DNA of 60,000 nt from positions 3,722,001 through 3,782,000 of the forward strand of contig CM119372.1 in the NCBI GenBank assembly GCA_051294905.1, written 5' to 3'. Below the pieces are notes generated by a model. It did no database searches. It worked only from the letters and a program-made list of their open reading frames with translations, and had not been told where the DNA came from. The stretch is from Botryllus schlosseri. Its lineage: Eukaryota. Both the position numbers and the translations under genes were made by a program. Numbering within the stretch: the stretch's first letter is position 1; each line of letters begins with the position of its first letter. This document shows positions 37,301 to 50,079 of the stretch, piece after piece.

Positions 37301-39880
37301 CGCACAAATCATCTTATTAACTCACCAAAAATTTGTCATGGCGTATCGATATCGCCTGTGCTACGTCCTTGGGAAGGGATTGCCCGCACTCCACGACACA
37401 TTGATTTGCTTCCGAGTACAAGGTAGCTGCTTGGTTGGCAACTTTCGCCAAGATGTCTGGCTTCATTTTGCCTGAAAAACAATCACGCACTGAGTGAAAA
37501 GAGCTTCTCGGAGGTACAGAACTTCAATATACGATTGAATAGCATAAGCATATTGAAATAAACCCGAATATGTTCGTAAGAGGTAATCGTCAGCACCTAG
37601 TAGAGCATAGGAGCATTCTATATCAACAATTTCATCGCGAAATATGAAATCATACTTGAGGTACCGTGCCGGTAATTATACAAAAAGATCTCAAACACGT
37701 GGTCAAGTCTGGCCACCATATCTATTCAAAATAATGGTGCACCATTGATGTCTATGATTAGATATTCTAACAAAATGAAAAAAAGAGCTGACCATCATTT
37801 CAATGGTGAAAATTCAAAATCATTTAGTAAATGATCGACTATTTGGAAAGCACTTATGACATATTTTGAAATCGAATAAAATTCAGTTGAGGAAAGATTA
37901 CTTAATCAGACATTTATGGAATTAAGTTCCATGAAATGGAAGATCTCGTTCACAATTACACAAGTACATCATTAATACTACAATTCCCTCACTATTTCCA
38001 GACCCCGATGTGCCATAGCTATTTTGCCTGCTGTGCTGACATATGCCACTTAATTTTCATTGCCTATCTTTTTCGTGATATCTTTCGTTACTTTTAATTC
38101 AGTGTCCATGCCTTATATTTACATGTTCTTAGCTGAGTTGGGTGTCATTTTAAAACCCTCCCTACCTTTTCATTATGTCTCAGTCTTGCAGACTGCGGTG
38201 TTTTGAAATGATGAAATTATTAACAAACTGGGCTCGAACTAATGTTAACAGCATATGGGAATTTGTACATTACGGTATCTGAAGAGACTTTCGGAGGTTA
38301 CAGATTGGAATATGTTATTCAAATAGATTATTATTCATCTTACCAGAACTAGCTTTCTCGTAAAAGCATTCCTGAGCCTGAGCAACCATAATAGCTTTGA
38401 ACGCAGTCAATATCACCGGCATCAAGTCCTGTGTGGGATTTTGGTTAGTCACCGACATAATCCTGTCCTTGATGTGCTGAAACATCCCGGCAGCTTCCTG
38501 CAATAAATGTGATAATAACCTTGAGGAAAAGATAGCGCAGTGTGTATAATAAACATACCACAAAGTGTGTTGCAGCAGCTTTCAAGCCATCGTCTGAGTT
38601 AAGATTTGTATCGCTTGCTAGTTGACTCTTCAGAGCGGCGATATTGAAGATTACGCAGAGAAGCTCAAATTCTCCAGATGATAATACTAAAACGATAACA
38701 AAATGTGGGTTTCAATACAGAGAGATTGCACGAAAAACACAAAGTTCCAAGCAGCACATACCTAGCTTGGAAGGGCCACTAAAAAGCGACCCCTTATCGA
38801 AGGCATCTTTCCAAGCGAATGATACGTTGACCCCACCACTCTCCCGAAACGGAACTTTTCTGTTAAGTGCTGAAAACTGGTCGTAATATCTGAATTGGGA
38901 AATTTCATTGTTTATGACGACGAATAGCAGGCCCAACCATCAAAGAGTTATGAAGTGCTTCTAGCAAGCCACTTCAAAAACGAATGATCAAATTCAAATC
39001 ATTTTCCAGCACAATAGGCAAATTGTACAAATATATAATACAGTAGCCCGAAATGTTGTTTAACCAGATTTTCCAGAATTCGGCTGCAAATATTGGCATA
39101 ATATATTAATATGACATCTATTTCAAGTGTTTCATTTAGCATTTAGCTTAGGGATCGCGGCAAGGCAAACCATGGATCTTGTATCATAAACCACAATATC
39201 TAAGTTAAGGTATCATATCTTTTACGCCGCTCCATGCAATAGATAGTGTATTGATTGGTTTTGGAGATTTGACACAGCCTACCGTATCGCATCTATTATG
39301 AAGTTCACAGATATTCGACAACCATGATTTTTGGTGGTTGCGGCCAAGTGTTCTACCAACATTCATTGGAGGAAACATGGCATACTCCACAAGTTACTTC
39401 ATGTATAATATACTCATATTATTCAAATCCCAATATTTGGTGCGTCAGCACTCAGCAACCAGTAGAGAAGTGTTACTTTGTAACACTAGTGGTGTTCAAA
39501 GCCTAGGAAACAACAGAATGACCAGCTTATAGTTAATACAATAAACATGGTCAACTAAAATCATGATTTCAGCAATGCTAATACACGTACCTTAGCAGCA
39601 GGTTTAGCGAACTTGAACTTCGATCTTGAACTTTTCCGACAGCTGATTTTCGGAGACTATTGAAGTCTTTTATGTGCTTGATCAAATCATCATCAACCTG
39701 TTAAGTGCATCGTGTGTTAACAGCATATAGGAGAGTAGGTATTGAGAATGAATACGCTACTAACGATACCTTGTCAAATGTATTCTTCGCGAATGTTTCA
39801 ATAGGCTTTGCAAGGTCCACATCACTCGATTTTTTCAAGGGAGCCACAATAAACCTCCCTACTTCTAAGGAATATGCCAT
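22381..39880 (-). CDS. PDCD6IP: Programmed cell death 6-interacting protein (ALIX): BRO1 domain, V domain and proline-rich tail, about 886 aa, 20 exons
   Basis: GT-AG exons in consistent phase: 39770-39880, 39591-39697, 38762-38889, 38559-38686, 38344-38497, 37326-37471, 37188-37262, 35947-36045, 35726-35861, 34732-34855, 32624-32804, 32061-32172, 30396-30565, 28288-28404, 28091-28222, 26690-26809, 25878-25984, 24263-24409, 23441-23563, 22381-22624 (sum 2661 nt). Motifs: [77 protein letters not shown]...FARKTE, and a Pro/Tyr/Gln tail. Confidence 0.96.
22960..23100. repeat. Interspersed repeat family in ALIX introns (other copies about 25460-25620, 26430-26620, and 28690-30155 interrupted by the hAT element)
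   Basis: Shared GGAATTGAGCCAAATTTGGTG...CAAGTAGCCAGTA...AAAAAAGTCATTTTT. Confidence 0.65.
23660..24092. mobile_element. GAGTC-repeat MITE in an ALIX intron (related copy 32996-33495, opposite orientation)
   Basis: Ends GACTCAAGTCATTACAACCCTG, closely resembling the reverse complement of CAGGGTTGTAATGACTCG at 32996; many GACTCGAGTC units. Confidence 0.65.
28815..30082 (-). mobile_element. hAT deletion derivative with a transposase C-terminal remnant, in an ALIX intron
   Basis: TIR CAGGCCGTGTTATTTTTGGCAT; perfect 8-bp TSD ACTATTGG (28807-28814, 30083-30090). The minus-strand remnant AWKPV...[43 protein letters not shown] (about 29140-29310) resembles the hAT dimerisation region. Confidence 0.88.
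31600..31900. repeat. Interspersed repeat family rich in CTAATT/AATTAG (other copies about 25270-25400, 43930-44130, 48690-49070 inverted, 50955-51310, 57890-58260)
   Basis: Shared core GCGAAACGA...GTACRGACATTTGCCATTC...GAACTCTGA...TTCTAATTCTAATC recurs in these copies. Confidence 0.75.
32996..33495. mobile_element. GAGTC-repeat MITE containing an internal 127-bp tandem duplication
   Basis: Starts CAGGGTTGTAATGACTCGACTTGAGTC; homologous to 23660-24092. Confidence 0.65.
33095..33350. repeat. Tandem duplication, 2 x 127 bp
   Basis: GGACTCGAGACTCAGATGG...CTGCTAAAAGG starts at 33095 and again at 33222; one mismatch seen. Confidence 0.92.
33545..33987. mobile_element. hAT-type MITE
   Basis: TIR TAGGGCTGGGCA...TGCCCAGCCCTA; perfect 8-bp TSD ATAATTAC. 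Confidence 0.9.
34026..34608. mobile_element. hAT/Charlie-like MITE
   Basis: Termini CAGTGTTTCTCAAA...TTTGGGAGCCATTG, subterminal CGTGTACC/CGTACC motifs, degenerate TSD CCGCAGAG / CTTCAGAG. Confidence 0.65.
34864..34882. repeat. (GA)9 microsatellite
   Basis: Read directly; forms the (CT)n pyrimidine tract of the ALIX exon-10 acceptor. Confidence 0.9.
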
Positions 39881-42277
39881 TTTAACTGAGAACGAAGTCA
39901 TGCAATCGACAATTGAATATGATGCAGCAACATCAAGGTTATTCTGAAGAAATGGGTTATAGGGCAAGTTTTTGCTGCACTGAAGTCACGAAAAAGTTGC
40001 ATTTATAATTTTTGTTCAATTATTAGGTATCGGATACTCGAAATGTTCGGTTGTATAACAGCAAGACAATTATGCAATATGGAAGTTATTTTCCCAAAAA
40101 GAAGCCAAACAGCATTGGGATAACCCCCTTCCCCCTAACAAAAGTCAAATAACACACCCAAAACTCCCTATGTCTGCAAACTTGACCCAAGAGTCCTAAG
40201 GCATTACAGAAAAACTCACTCTCGGCGGACAAGAGGTAACAAAATAACATGTAACGATTTAATTGTACCAACGGCCATGCCCGAATATGTTCAATTATTA
40301 ATTAAGTGGCCTTCATTTTCCAATCCAACAGCTGTCTCAGCGCTACTGGTAAGTCTTATTACGTGGGCTGAGAGGATAAAAAGTTTATAGCGACATATAT
40401 ATGCAATTACAACCTATTTCATTCATGCATTATAGAAAACTTTGGCTCCTATGGCGACCAGGTCACATAAACTTTGCTGACCATCGAAATCACGCGACGG
40501 GGTACTTGGGAGAGCGAAGCCCTCATGAGTTTGGTTTATCACGCTATGGGTGCCCAAGACAATCGTTTTTAGGGGGCTGACGAAGTGCTGTTACGGTCCT
40601 CCCTCTCACCCATTGTCTTTATTACAGTCCTTACAATATGAGGTGGGGGGCGCTGGAGCACGATAATTTTTGAAAGGGGGCGCTGGAGGAAAAAAGGTTA
40701 AGAACCACTGGTATAGGCTATACAAGTAAATATATGAATTTCATTCTAAATCCACAGGAAGTTCAAATTGTGTTTCCTCTCATGTAGCCTAAAGTGTTCT
40801 AAGCTATGATCGATTTCAGCGGTGAAGTTTTGTAAATGTTGTACGAATGTAATTGTGGTGCTACATCCTATGTGCGTGTAATAAGTTTGAAGCAGAATTG
40901 CTTTCTTGTAATCCTTTGTGCAATTTGTTGTGCGCTTATAAATGCGTTATTGCGCTTGGTACATTAGATATATCTGCCATGAGCTTAAATTTTGCTGTGA
41001 AGCGAGGCGATTTCAAACGTTTCATTATAAAAAAAAACACAAATACCAAAATATTGTGATAGAATGAACAGATGGAAGGAGTCAAAACGAAGGCAATCAA
41101 TCTAACTCACATCTGAGTCCACAAATATGGCAAAAAATGTAAGAACTTCTTAAAAGTGGTGTCGAGAATGTACACACACAACGAGTATGTATGAGCTTAC
41201 TGAAATTGTTTCAATGGGCAGGCGATGAACAGGCAATTTACAGCACTGGGTACAGTCAAAATTGGTGTTTCAAAATTGACCAAAATCAAAAGTTAACGAC
41301 GCCTTCATTTCACAAATATAAATCATTACCCGTGCGTTTGTGGCCCATATACGCTACCCATGTAGGATATTATATATGTCTGATGTAGGAGTATAGCTTA
41401 CTATATGCGTATGCTGTCTCTATCCCATACTCACTGTATGTTTATAAGGCATAAAAGAAAACAATGATATCAGTATTAATATTCGCCATTCGGCCTGTCA
41501 ATTCTAAATAACTGAACCACGGTCTCGGTCTGGATCGCAGGTCGATGAGGCCTCGTTATACTCAATCAGCCATCAGGCAGCCTCAGCAATAAAATAGCCA
41601 TGCAATGTCACAGTGCACCTGTGGGCTGTGGAACAGGCACGGCAAAACCAGTAAGAAAACTCCATAACTGCTACTTCCGATGAAGGTTGTGACTCGGAGA
41701 TGCACGTACTGTTCTTGAGATCGATGACGCGTAAATACTACAGTTACACGGACCTGGCTTTCGAGGCTAAAAATACTGAGCCATACGTCGCAGTCAGCTG
41801 GTTTGGGCACAACACAAATATGCTTCATCACAATCACGTGATCATTGGCATTCGGGGATATTTTTATATGTGACGTCAAATTTAATACTCGTGACTTCCT
41901 CGTGAGAGTGATTTGTTTTCTAATTTTATCGGAGCAAAACAACTGTTCAATTTCATCAAATATATCGTGTGTGTTTTTTAGTTTACGAAATTTTTCTATC
42001 TTAGTTTTACTATTGCGGATATAATCATCTCTGTCAACCAAATATCACGCGCCATGATTCTACTAGTTTTGAGAGTAATTTGATTACCAATGGTTCTGGT
42101 TAATGGTCATTAAGGTTAGCTGTCTGTCGTCACAATGTATGATATCATAAAATTATGACGTAACTGAGATTGTCTCACGAAACTTTTCGACAGGTGACGC
42201 AAAACTACGTTGTGAAGTCTGTGAGTCTGTGAGATAAATTTTAGAAACTGTTTTTATATATAGGCAGCGCAAACATC

Positions 42278-43150
42278 ATGAATTTACAAGGCTGCTACGA
42301 TGTGTTTAACGATTACTTGGGCCTGTCGACTGTTGTCGGCGGTCAAGAAGACCAATGCTACTGGATGCGATCTGTTCTCGGACGGGACTACAAGAAATTC
42401 CAGAACATTCCAAGCCTGGATCATCAATTTTCCGAAAGCCACCTCGACATGAACGCATACTACGATTCGAAACTGTCAGACGTAGAGAGATTGTTTGGGC
42501 GCGGAGCTGTCCTACAGAAATCAATCAACGAAGATTCAGAACCTGCTACTAACAACTACCAAGTACCGGTACTCGAAAATTTGACACCACCCACCACCAA
42601 TCAAGCTGCATATCCAGTTAGTGGCAAAGAAGACTACAAGGACAGAATACAAATAGCTCTCGATGCGATTTTGCAAAAATACAGCCATCTTCAAAACCCC
42701 TGCCTAACTTCAAGCCAATTCGCCGGTAATTTCCAAGATCGCTACATGGCTTCCAGCAATATTCCGCCGGCAAATCAACTTAATCAACAGTGCGGCATTG
42801 ATGACAGAAAGATATTGGCTAATTTGGACCTGGATGGCAATAATCGCATACTTCGCGTCACCAGGGCAGCGAAATCTGGCATTGGCAGCTCCGCCACGAG
42901 ATTCATCGGATGTTCCTTCTGCAAAAACAACAAAGAAGTCAAAGATTGGTATATGTCACACCAGCTCAAGGATAGCACTGGAAAGGTTACTTGCCCCGTG
43001 TTGAGAAGTTACGAATGTCCTTTGTGTGACGCGACTGGAGATAATGCTCATACGATTGGTCATTGCCCCTTAAACCCAAATCGCCACAGTAGCCTCCCGC
43101 TTGCTGTAAGAAGCAAGACTAACGCGACAGGGAAGAAGAAATCACTGTAA
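42278..43150 (+). CDS. nanos: Nanos RNA-binding protein (290 aa, single exon)
   Basis: Tandem CCHC fingers CSFCKNN...YMSHQLKD...VTCPVLRSYECPLCDATGDNAHTIGHCP, and an N-terminal NOT1-interacting-motif-like YDVFNDYLGLS. Confidence 0.96.
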   Translation: MNLQGCYDVFNDYLGLSTVVGGQEDQCYWMRSVLGRDYKKFQNIPSLDHQFSESHLDMNAYYDSKLSDVERLFGRGAVLQKSINEDSEPATNNYQVPVLENLTPPTTNQAAYPVSGKEDYKDRIQIALDAILQKYSHLQNPCLTSSQFAGNFQDRYMASSNIPPANQLNQQCGIDDRKILANLDLDGNNRILRVTRAAKSGIGSSATRFIGCSFCKNNKEVKDWYMSHQLKDSTGKVTCPVLRSYECPLCDATGDNAHTIGHCPLNPNRHSSLPLAVRSKTNATGKKKSL

Positions 43151-44623
43151 TCAGGCTGTATAATACGAAACTTTCGTCGGCACGCATTATAGGCTACTTA
43201 ACGCATCCTTTACGCCGTAGACTTGACCGATATTAATCACTATTTACGATCGGTAATGGCGATATCAGCCTGTGCCGCCATCATGACAAAACGGCTGGGT
43301 CGTGGATTGTTTTACCCTAGTTTTTTATTGATTGGTGTTCTTCCCTTCTTGGAATGAGATTTTCGTAGGAAATCATATTGGCCGTTTAATCGAATTTGTG
43401 ACGTGTTTAGTTTTGTGCTGCAGATGAAATTATAATGTCCACGGCGGATTTGTTTACCGTTGCCAACTGTATTTTGTTGATAATTCTGCGTGTTTGATAT
43501 CCATTATGTTGCCGGTTCTATCGATTTTTGTTGTTTTTCGTTGTTACGATTGTTAACGTTGATGTTAAAGTGTGTTTTAACCAAACTCAGTGTGGTTTAA
43601 TTTGTCTAAGACAGGGAGCTCCAATTCAAAATGAGCAAAACACCACGTTTTCAGCTTGGTTGATGTCGAGCACCGCTATACAGAGCCAAACAGATATCAC
43701 CACAAGTATCTCGCAATCTGCGCGCTTACCAGCTTGTTGTCTTAGACTAGATAATTCCAGTTGTCTTAAAGAGCTAAATCAGTATCAGTTTTAGTTTGAA
43801 TTTCAATGCACCACAAGACTGCGATACAATGAAAAAATACGAAGGTGTCGAAACGGCTTGGAGTCGTCTGTGAAATCAGACACCCATCCTGAGCCTAGGC
43901 GACGTAAAGAGGACCTTAGCGGCCGGTAACTTAATTAACTCTAATCTAATTTGTGAAATCTTTGTGTGCTCTGATTTCAATTCTAAGCTAACGTCTGGTT
44001 TTCCTGAAATTGTTACAGGAGAAATGTAGTGCGAAACGAACCAAGCTAGCTGTATACCGACATTTGCCATTCTCTAATCCAGGGATATATATCCCTGTTG
44101 TAATCAAATTTGGAAACTCTGAAAGTTCCCTAGCTGTCTCTCGGTGTCAGACACGAGCCGATTACTTAGCTGAAAACGTGATTACGATGGCAGCAGTCGA
44201 TTACGCGGAAAAGTAATCACGATTACATTTCGCTTCCTTGATATTGACGAGCCTAACACATATTTGAAGGCAATATAACGATTGCGATGAAACCATGTTC
44301 TGTTCATTTTCAATCAACTAAGTTTTCCAGTTAATTGAAGTATGCTGGACAAGTGGAGACGCCTATATATCAGACTATTGCGGATTATATTTATTAGATG
44401 TTTCGAAGTCATCAATTATTATGTGTCTGTCGGCCATCCTTAACATGGCAGAGGAACATAAAATCGAATCTGAACGAGTATATCGGGATTACAGACGAGT
44501 GCAAAGCCGAAGAAAAACCCTCGCGCAGTGCGGGCGGCGTATTGTTTTATTTTCTGTAGCCTCATATCCGCGAGGGGGCGAAGTTGGATAGCGGCAGAGT
44601 GGATAGTTATGGTGACCAGGGAC

Positions 44624-44902
44624 CAGGGCTGGGCAAAATCGAGTACCTGGGTGATTCGATTCTGAATCGAGTATGATGCGTCGTTTCGAGTGCCAATAAT
44701 CTTGTCGTATGAGTGACGTGAAAAGTTTAAATATGAACCTTTTATGGCACCATAAAGATTATAAATTAGCTCGTAATGGCAAGAAGCTTACAATTTCACT
44801 AATTTCAGTACTCGAAATAATCATCTCGCACTACTAGGCTCGAATCATCAGAATTGATACTCGATTCAGATTCGTGATCTCGAATCATCGTGCCCAGCCT
44901 TA
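44624..44902. mobile_element. Shorter copy of the AGGGCTGGGCA MITE family (cf. 33545-33987)
   Basis: CAGGGCTGGGCAAAATCGAGTACCTG...GATTCAGATTCG...TGCCCAGCCTTA. Confidence 0.8.
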
Positions 44903-47229
44903 ATTGTGACGCATAGGCTACTGGTATACATGACACAGGCCCATAACCGAAATTAGCATGCAGGCCGTATATTCTAGCGCAGTAGTCCTTTAACGGTGTT
45001 TCATGAAACGCTATGGATTCTACGAAGGTGACGATACACAGTTACACACTCACGTCATGCGGATGATTTGTGATGAAACGCCAGTCTGGGCCATCATTGG
45101 TTGCAGGTAATTAGGCCCAATCATCAGTCGAATCGACACTGGTGCGTTGTGTTCAGTAACTTACGTAAGGGAGGTTATGGTTTTGAAATCGAGCACCCGT
45201 CCTTCTGAAATGCAAATTCTATCTCCAATAGTTACCAGCTCATTTGCAATAAAGCAATTGGCACTTCGAAGCCTCGCATTTCTGAGCTGGTTTATGTCCG
45301 TCAATGAAAGGGGCCAGCAGAACTTGCACTGATTTGTAATAAATATTTATTGTATGTTTTCGTTTGTGTGAAAATCATATTTTAATGGTTTTGGTTCTTC
45401 AACAGTCTGTTGATGCATATTTCATTTGATGCACCAGTAGGCTAGTCCATCGTAAAATTGTAATAATTAAAAAAGTCGTCATATATATGTATTGTCGTCG
45501 ATTTTTGCTTTTATGACTCGGCGAAAGTTCGAGTTCCCGAAGGCTTGCAGTAGTAAAGCTTTCGTAAGTGTTCCCCCGGTTAGTAAAGGGGTTCGCGTGT
45601 GTATGGTCAATTGGTCATTGGTCATTGGTAATAGTCATATAGCAAGTATAAATGTCAGAGATGACTGGATACTGGATTACACTCTTTAGTAAGGCTATTT
45701 CTTAATCATAATACAAGTCCATGGTCAATTGGTCACTGGTCAGTAATGGAAGAAAAATTTACATTTTTAATTTCATGTCGAAATCCCAAACCTAAATCTG
45801 ATCAAAACCGGGGTATGATCTGGATATATCGTAAGACGTGGAGTGTCTTATTTCAAACAGTCTTACAGCCTATAAGCCTACGTTATTCGATGCGGCAAGG
45901 GCGTGATTTTCAAATAACGTTCAAGTTTCCCAATTAGGTATACAGCATATCCATTTCAATGATATTGACACCATTGAACAAATTTCCTTATCTTGCGCGC
46001 GACCCGAATTGCTTGTAATTGCTCCGGTAGATATTTTTCATGCGTAAAAATTCAACCGTTGAGGAGGTTGTAAAATACCTATAATGTAGATTGCGCTTCG
46101 ATAAAATGGAGATTTTCTTATTATGCACTTGGGTTTAACCTACACCGGTTATTTCGAGTGATCAAGTTTACAATAGGATCCGACTTATTACGATACATTG
46201 TAATCCAATACTAATAGCTCTTTAGCTATTTTAACCAATTTCGATTATCTTGTAGTCTTACAATATTCGGTATCAAGCAATGTCGTAATAACAGAAGATT
46301 GTTGCTAGCTTTGATCTTGTGGGGCGGACAGATTCGATCGGGTCGTCCCTCATCATATTACATGATCGTTACGTGCCGAGATCGGATCGAAAGTTTCTTG
46401 GAAAGTTGAAAACGGGTAATTCTATCATCTCCATGGGATATTGGCTATACCCTGACATTTCGCAGGTGTAATTGAATGTTTATTGTTGTTATTGTACCAT
46501 ATACATTATTTATTCCTGCGTAAGATATCTTTCATGCCAACTATCATCGGGCATTGTACAATTGTTCTTGTTCATATTATTTCTTGAGTGTATAGTTGCA
46601 CCAGTCCTTTGTATGGATGAAAGTTCATATAAGTTATTATTGTCGACTATGCAATATGCGTACGCGATAAATATGTTGCACCATACTCTTCCGAGCGTGC
46701 TGCATCTGGTTGAGCGCGATATGTAACGCTGTATTCTATTGTAAAGCTCTTGTAAATGTGCGACATTTTACCGTATTGACAGAAATATATTTCTCTGGTA
46801 CCGCCTTATTGCATAAATATATATACCAACATCGCAACCAATGAGAGAACATCCGCTGATTATCGGATTAAAGTGACGCCATGTATCTGCAGACTTGTTA
46901 TTTTGACCGTTTAGGCATGATTGGACGTGTAGATTGCCTAATTATCGCCCAGCTTTTCAGAATTCCAAGAGTGATTGATGCATACAGATATATACCTTAT
47001 GTTATCTCGGCATGGTTATGTCCTTACCAGATCTGTTCGAAAATTGATGATTTGCGGCGTCGTTTCCAAGTTGATTCTAAATAGCACATTGCGTTATTAC
47101 GAAAGTACGCTTAGCCTTATCCATACCTATAGATTTATAAAGATATCAAGGGCAGGTCGGACTGAGATAAACTATAGTTGATGGCTATTAGTTAAGCAGC
47201 TAGTTATTGAGAAACAAATAGTCTCAAAC

Positions 47230-47578
47230 CAGCGGGTTCTCAACCTTTTTGACCTCGCGGATCGGTAAAACTTCAGAACAAATGTTGCGGACTAGTGAAC
47301 CTTCAAAAACTAAAATCAACCTAAATTTAAATACGACAACTTGAATGTAATATTGGAAACTCCATTTAATGATGCCTTTTTCAAACTAGATATTTATACG
47401 GAGTACATTGAAGATTCTGCAAGGCGAAGTTTGTGAAGACACGTTAAATACTTCTAACTTGTTTGTGATTGTTAGGTGACCTTTGAAAGAACAGTGACTT
47501 TGCTATTTGATATAGAATTATGATATATCCGGCGGACCGACAGCAAACTTGTCACGGACAGGCGATTGAGAGCCGCTG
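47230..47578. mobile_element. hAT/Charlie-like MITE
   Basis: Termini CAGCGGGTTCTCAA...TTGAGAGCCGCTG, with subterminal GCGGAYCG motifs. Confidence 0.65.
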
Positions 47579-49075
47579 CTCTAAAGCACTCACGAGACTG
47601 GTTTGGTGATTTATCACACTGCTAAAATTTCATTACACATCATTAAAGTTGTGCCAGTATTATCGAAGGTTTCGGACGAATGGAGTCATAATTTTTGGCA
47701 TTCGTCATAAACCTCTACTACCCAAAATGAAGATAGATATCGGTTTACCCTGAAATAGATGTATATCTAACATTTGCCTTGACGATTCATTTGTTCCAGC
47801 TATACAAGTTGGAATACTATACGGTCCCATAGCGGTCATGTGTTCGTGAACGTATACATAACCTGACGACAAAATAGTCTGTTCCGAGATCGTTTCAACG
47901 CAGATAACCGGCGCTAGTATGATTTTCTTCTCGTCTTACGCGACGATGTATTATTAAATAGCGGAAAAGTGGGCAATTTCATTTGCACGGGGCGTATACG
48001 TTGCACCAAACTCGCGCTTAACGCAGGTGACACGTACGGTAATTCGCGGCTGCAGCTCGCATTTTGCTCTATTGGCGACAACGAAAACACTAGGGTTAAA
48101 CGCTTGTTCAAGTCCAGAAATACAACACCCTGAATTAAGCTGCAATAATGGAAAACAAATATCCTCGTTTATAAAAGCAATCCCACGAAAGTACACCTGT
48201 AACTTGATATCGCACTGATCGATTGTTTGGCAAATAGGAGTATAGGAATAGGATCTTATATATTTTGGTCCTTGATGCTTTTGTAGCATATACACCGATA
48301 TGCACGAGATCTGTGCATATGCATGCCATGCATGATGTGCATATGCCGCTGGGCAAGAAAGGTGCAGTAAGTAGGGTTACCATATTTTGGAAATCTGAAA
48401 GGAGGACACTTTTTATAAATTTTCAGACTTGCAATACCGGAGGAAAATCCTGAAAAAATGGTAAATTTTTCCCACTTCGTGGTCGGTTGACTATAAAAAA
48501 TGTCAAGTTTCCGGCTCATCTCCCGAAATAGCCACCGGAGCGTTACTTCAGTGCTGATTTGCAGTATCTCACTCGAATTTTACCCTATATATAAACAAAA
48601 TTCCCAAAAAAGAGGACTTAGGGGCGTCCCCCGAGGACACTCTCAGAGACAGAGATGGACAACTAAGATAATTTTAGCTTTTAAAAGCTAGATTAGAATT
48701 ACAATTATAGCTACACGGTTTATTACAAATTTGATTATAATTAGATTAATAGCTTCACAGTTTTTTCCCAAATTAGATTAGAATTAGAGTTACTTCGTTC
48801 ACGAAAACTAGGGAATTGGATGAAGTTCAGTTCATATCAAATCACAGTTAATGCACATGGGCATGAGAATGGCAAATGCCCGTACACTGCAGCAAACTTG
48901 GCTCGCTTCGCGCAATGCATTTCTCCTTTAGCATTTTCAGGAATATTGTAAAATGGATTAGGATTAAAATTAGAGTAGAGAAACAATTCACAAATTAGAT
49001 TAGAAATATATCATCAGCATTTCGCTTTAATTAGACAACCAGAACTACCTAGCTTCCCAAGTCCGATCCTGGAAA

Positions 49076-49206
49076 TATTGAGCGCTAAGCGGGGAAGCCA
49101 CGGATACCAGTGCTACTGGTTACGTCTTTGGTCTGAACCGGCCTGTGATTGAACCCACGACGCTCCACGATTAAGCAGCCCGACGCTCCGCCATTACGCT
49201 ATCATC
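49076..49206 (-). mobile_element. tRNA-derived SINE fragment
   Basis: On the minus strand: A-box-like TAGCGTAATGG, B-box-like GGTTCAATCAC, then a body ACCAAAGAC...GCTTCCCCGCTTAGCGCTCA typical of SINE central domains. No complete cloverleaf. Confidence 0.7.
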
Positions 49207-50079
49207 CCCTTTCTCAAAGTCAACACGAATTCGCACGAAATTGAATATTATATATTATAAACATCAACGAAATGGCGGCGATACACAATGTATTTAAAAA
49301 AAATCGTCACAATTAAAAGGTATGATTACGGTGTATATATACGATCGAAACTTATTATCCAACGATAACTTAAAGCGGCGCAGCGCTCAAAATATGATGC
49401 GTTCTCAAGTTAAGATGAAAGCGTGAAAATTTTGGCAGCGATCATTTTCCTCAGAAGTCCACTGCATTTAAACCGCAGGTAAAAGTTTTACACGAAAATC
49501 GTACGTTTCGCCGATGTTCACCCTAGCGTAGAGTGTAAATCTTGCAAACGCCACTTTTAAGCATCAAATTTTGATTTCACACCAGTCCAATGTGGTAAAA
49601 TACTTCGAATACACGTATTCTTATCAAGATACACACCAGGGGCGTGATGGATCGATTTCGTATAACACTTATAAAGGTGGCACACGAAAATATAGAATCC
49701 ACCACACTCCTGGGAAACATCTCCGGAGGAATTGGTATATTTTACTCATTCACACCCATTGGAAGGGTATGAAAGCGCAATCTGCACCTGGAAGTGACTT
49801 CACTTGATTCACACCGTACGCTATGATGGAAATCTGGTAGACACCTATTTACCATCCATGGATTTACGGTTATACGGCCTCGAAACCCCCAGAGATAAGC
49901 TACATCGGTTTGAATACGGTGGCTTTCCGAATAAAATGGTCGTTGTCAGACATTTTTCCGCGCTTGTATCTTTACCTTTCGAGACCACTCCATATTTTGA
50001 GCACAGTTAATCAAATAACGAATGTAAACTGATGTTGCGAGAATCAAAGAAAGCATCTTTTATTAAAAACGGACGCTGA

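Noticed and set aside
41583..42041. 152-aa minus-strand ORF between ALIX and nanos
   Set aside because: It has a non-ATG start, no domain and no convincing splice structure; probably a chance ORF.
49140..49206. Functional tRNA gene
   Set aside because: The stems do not close into a cloverleaf and the sequence continues into a SINE-like body.
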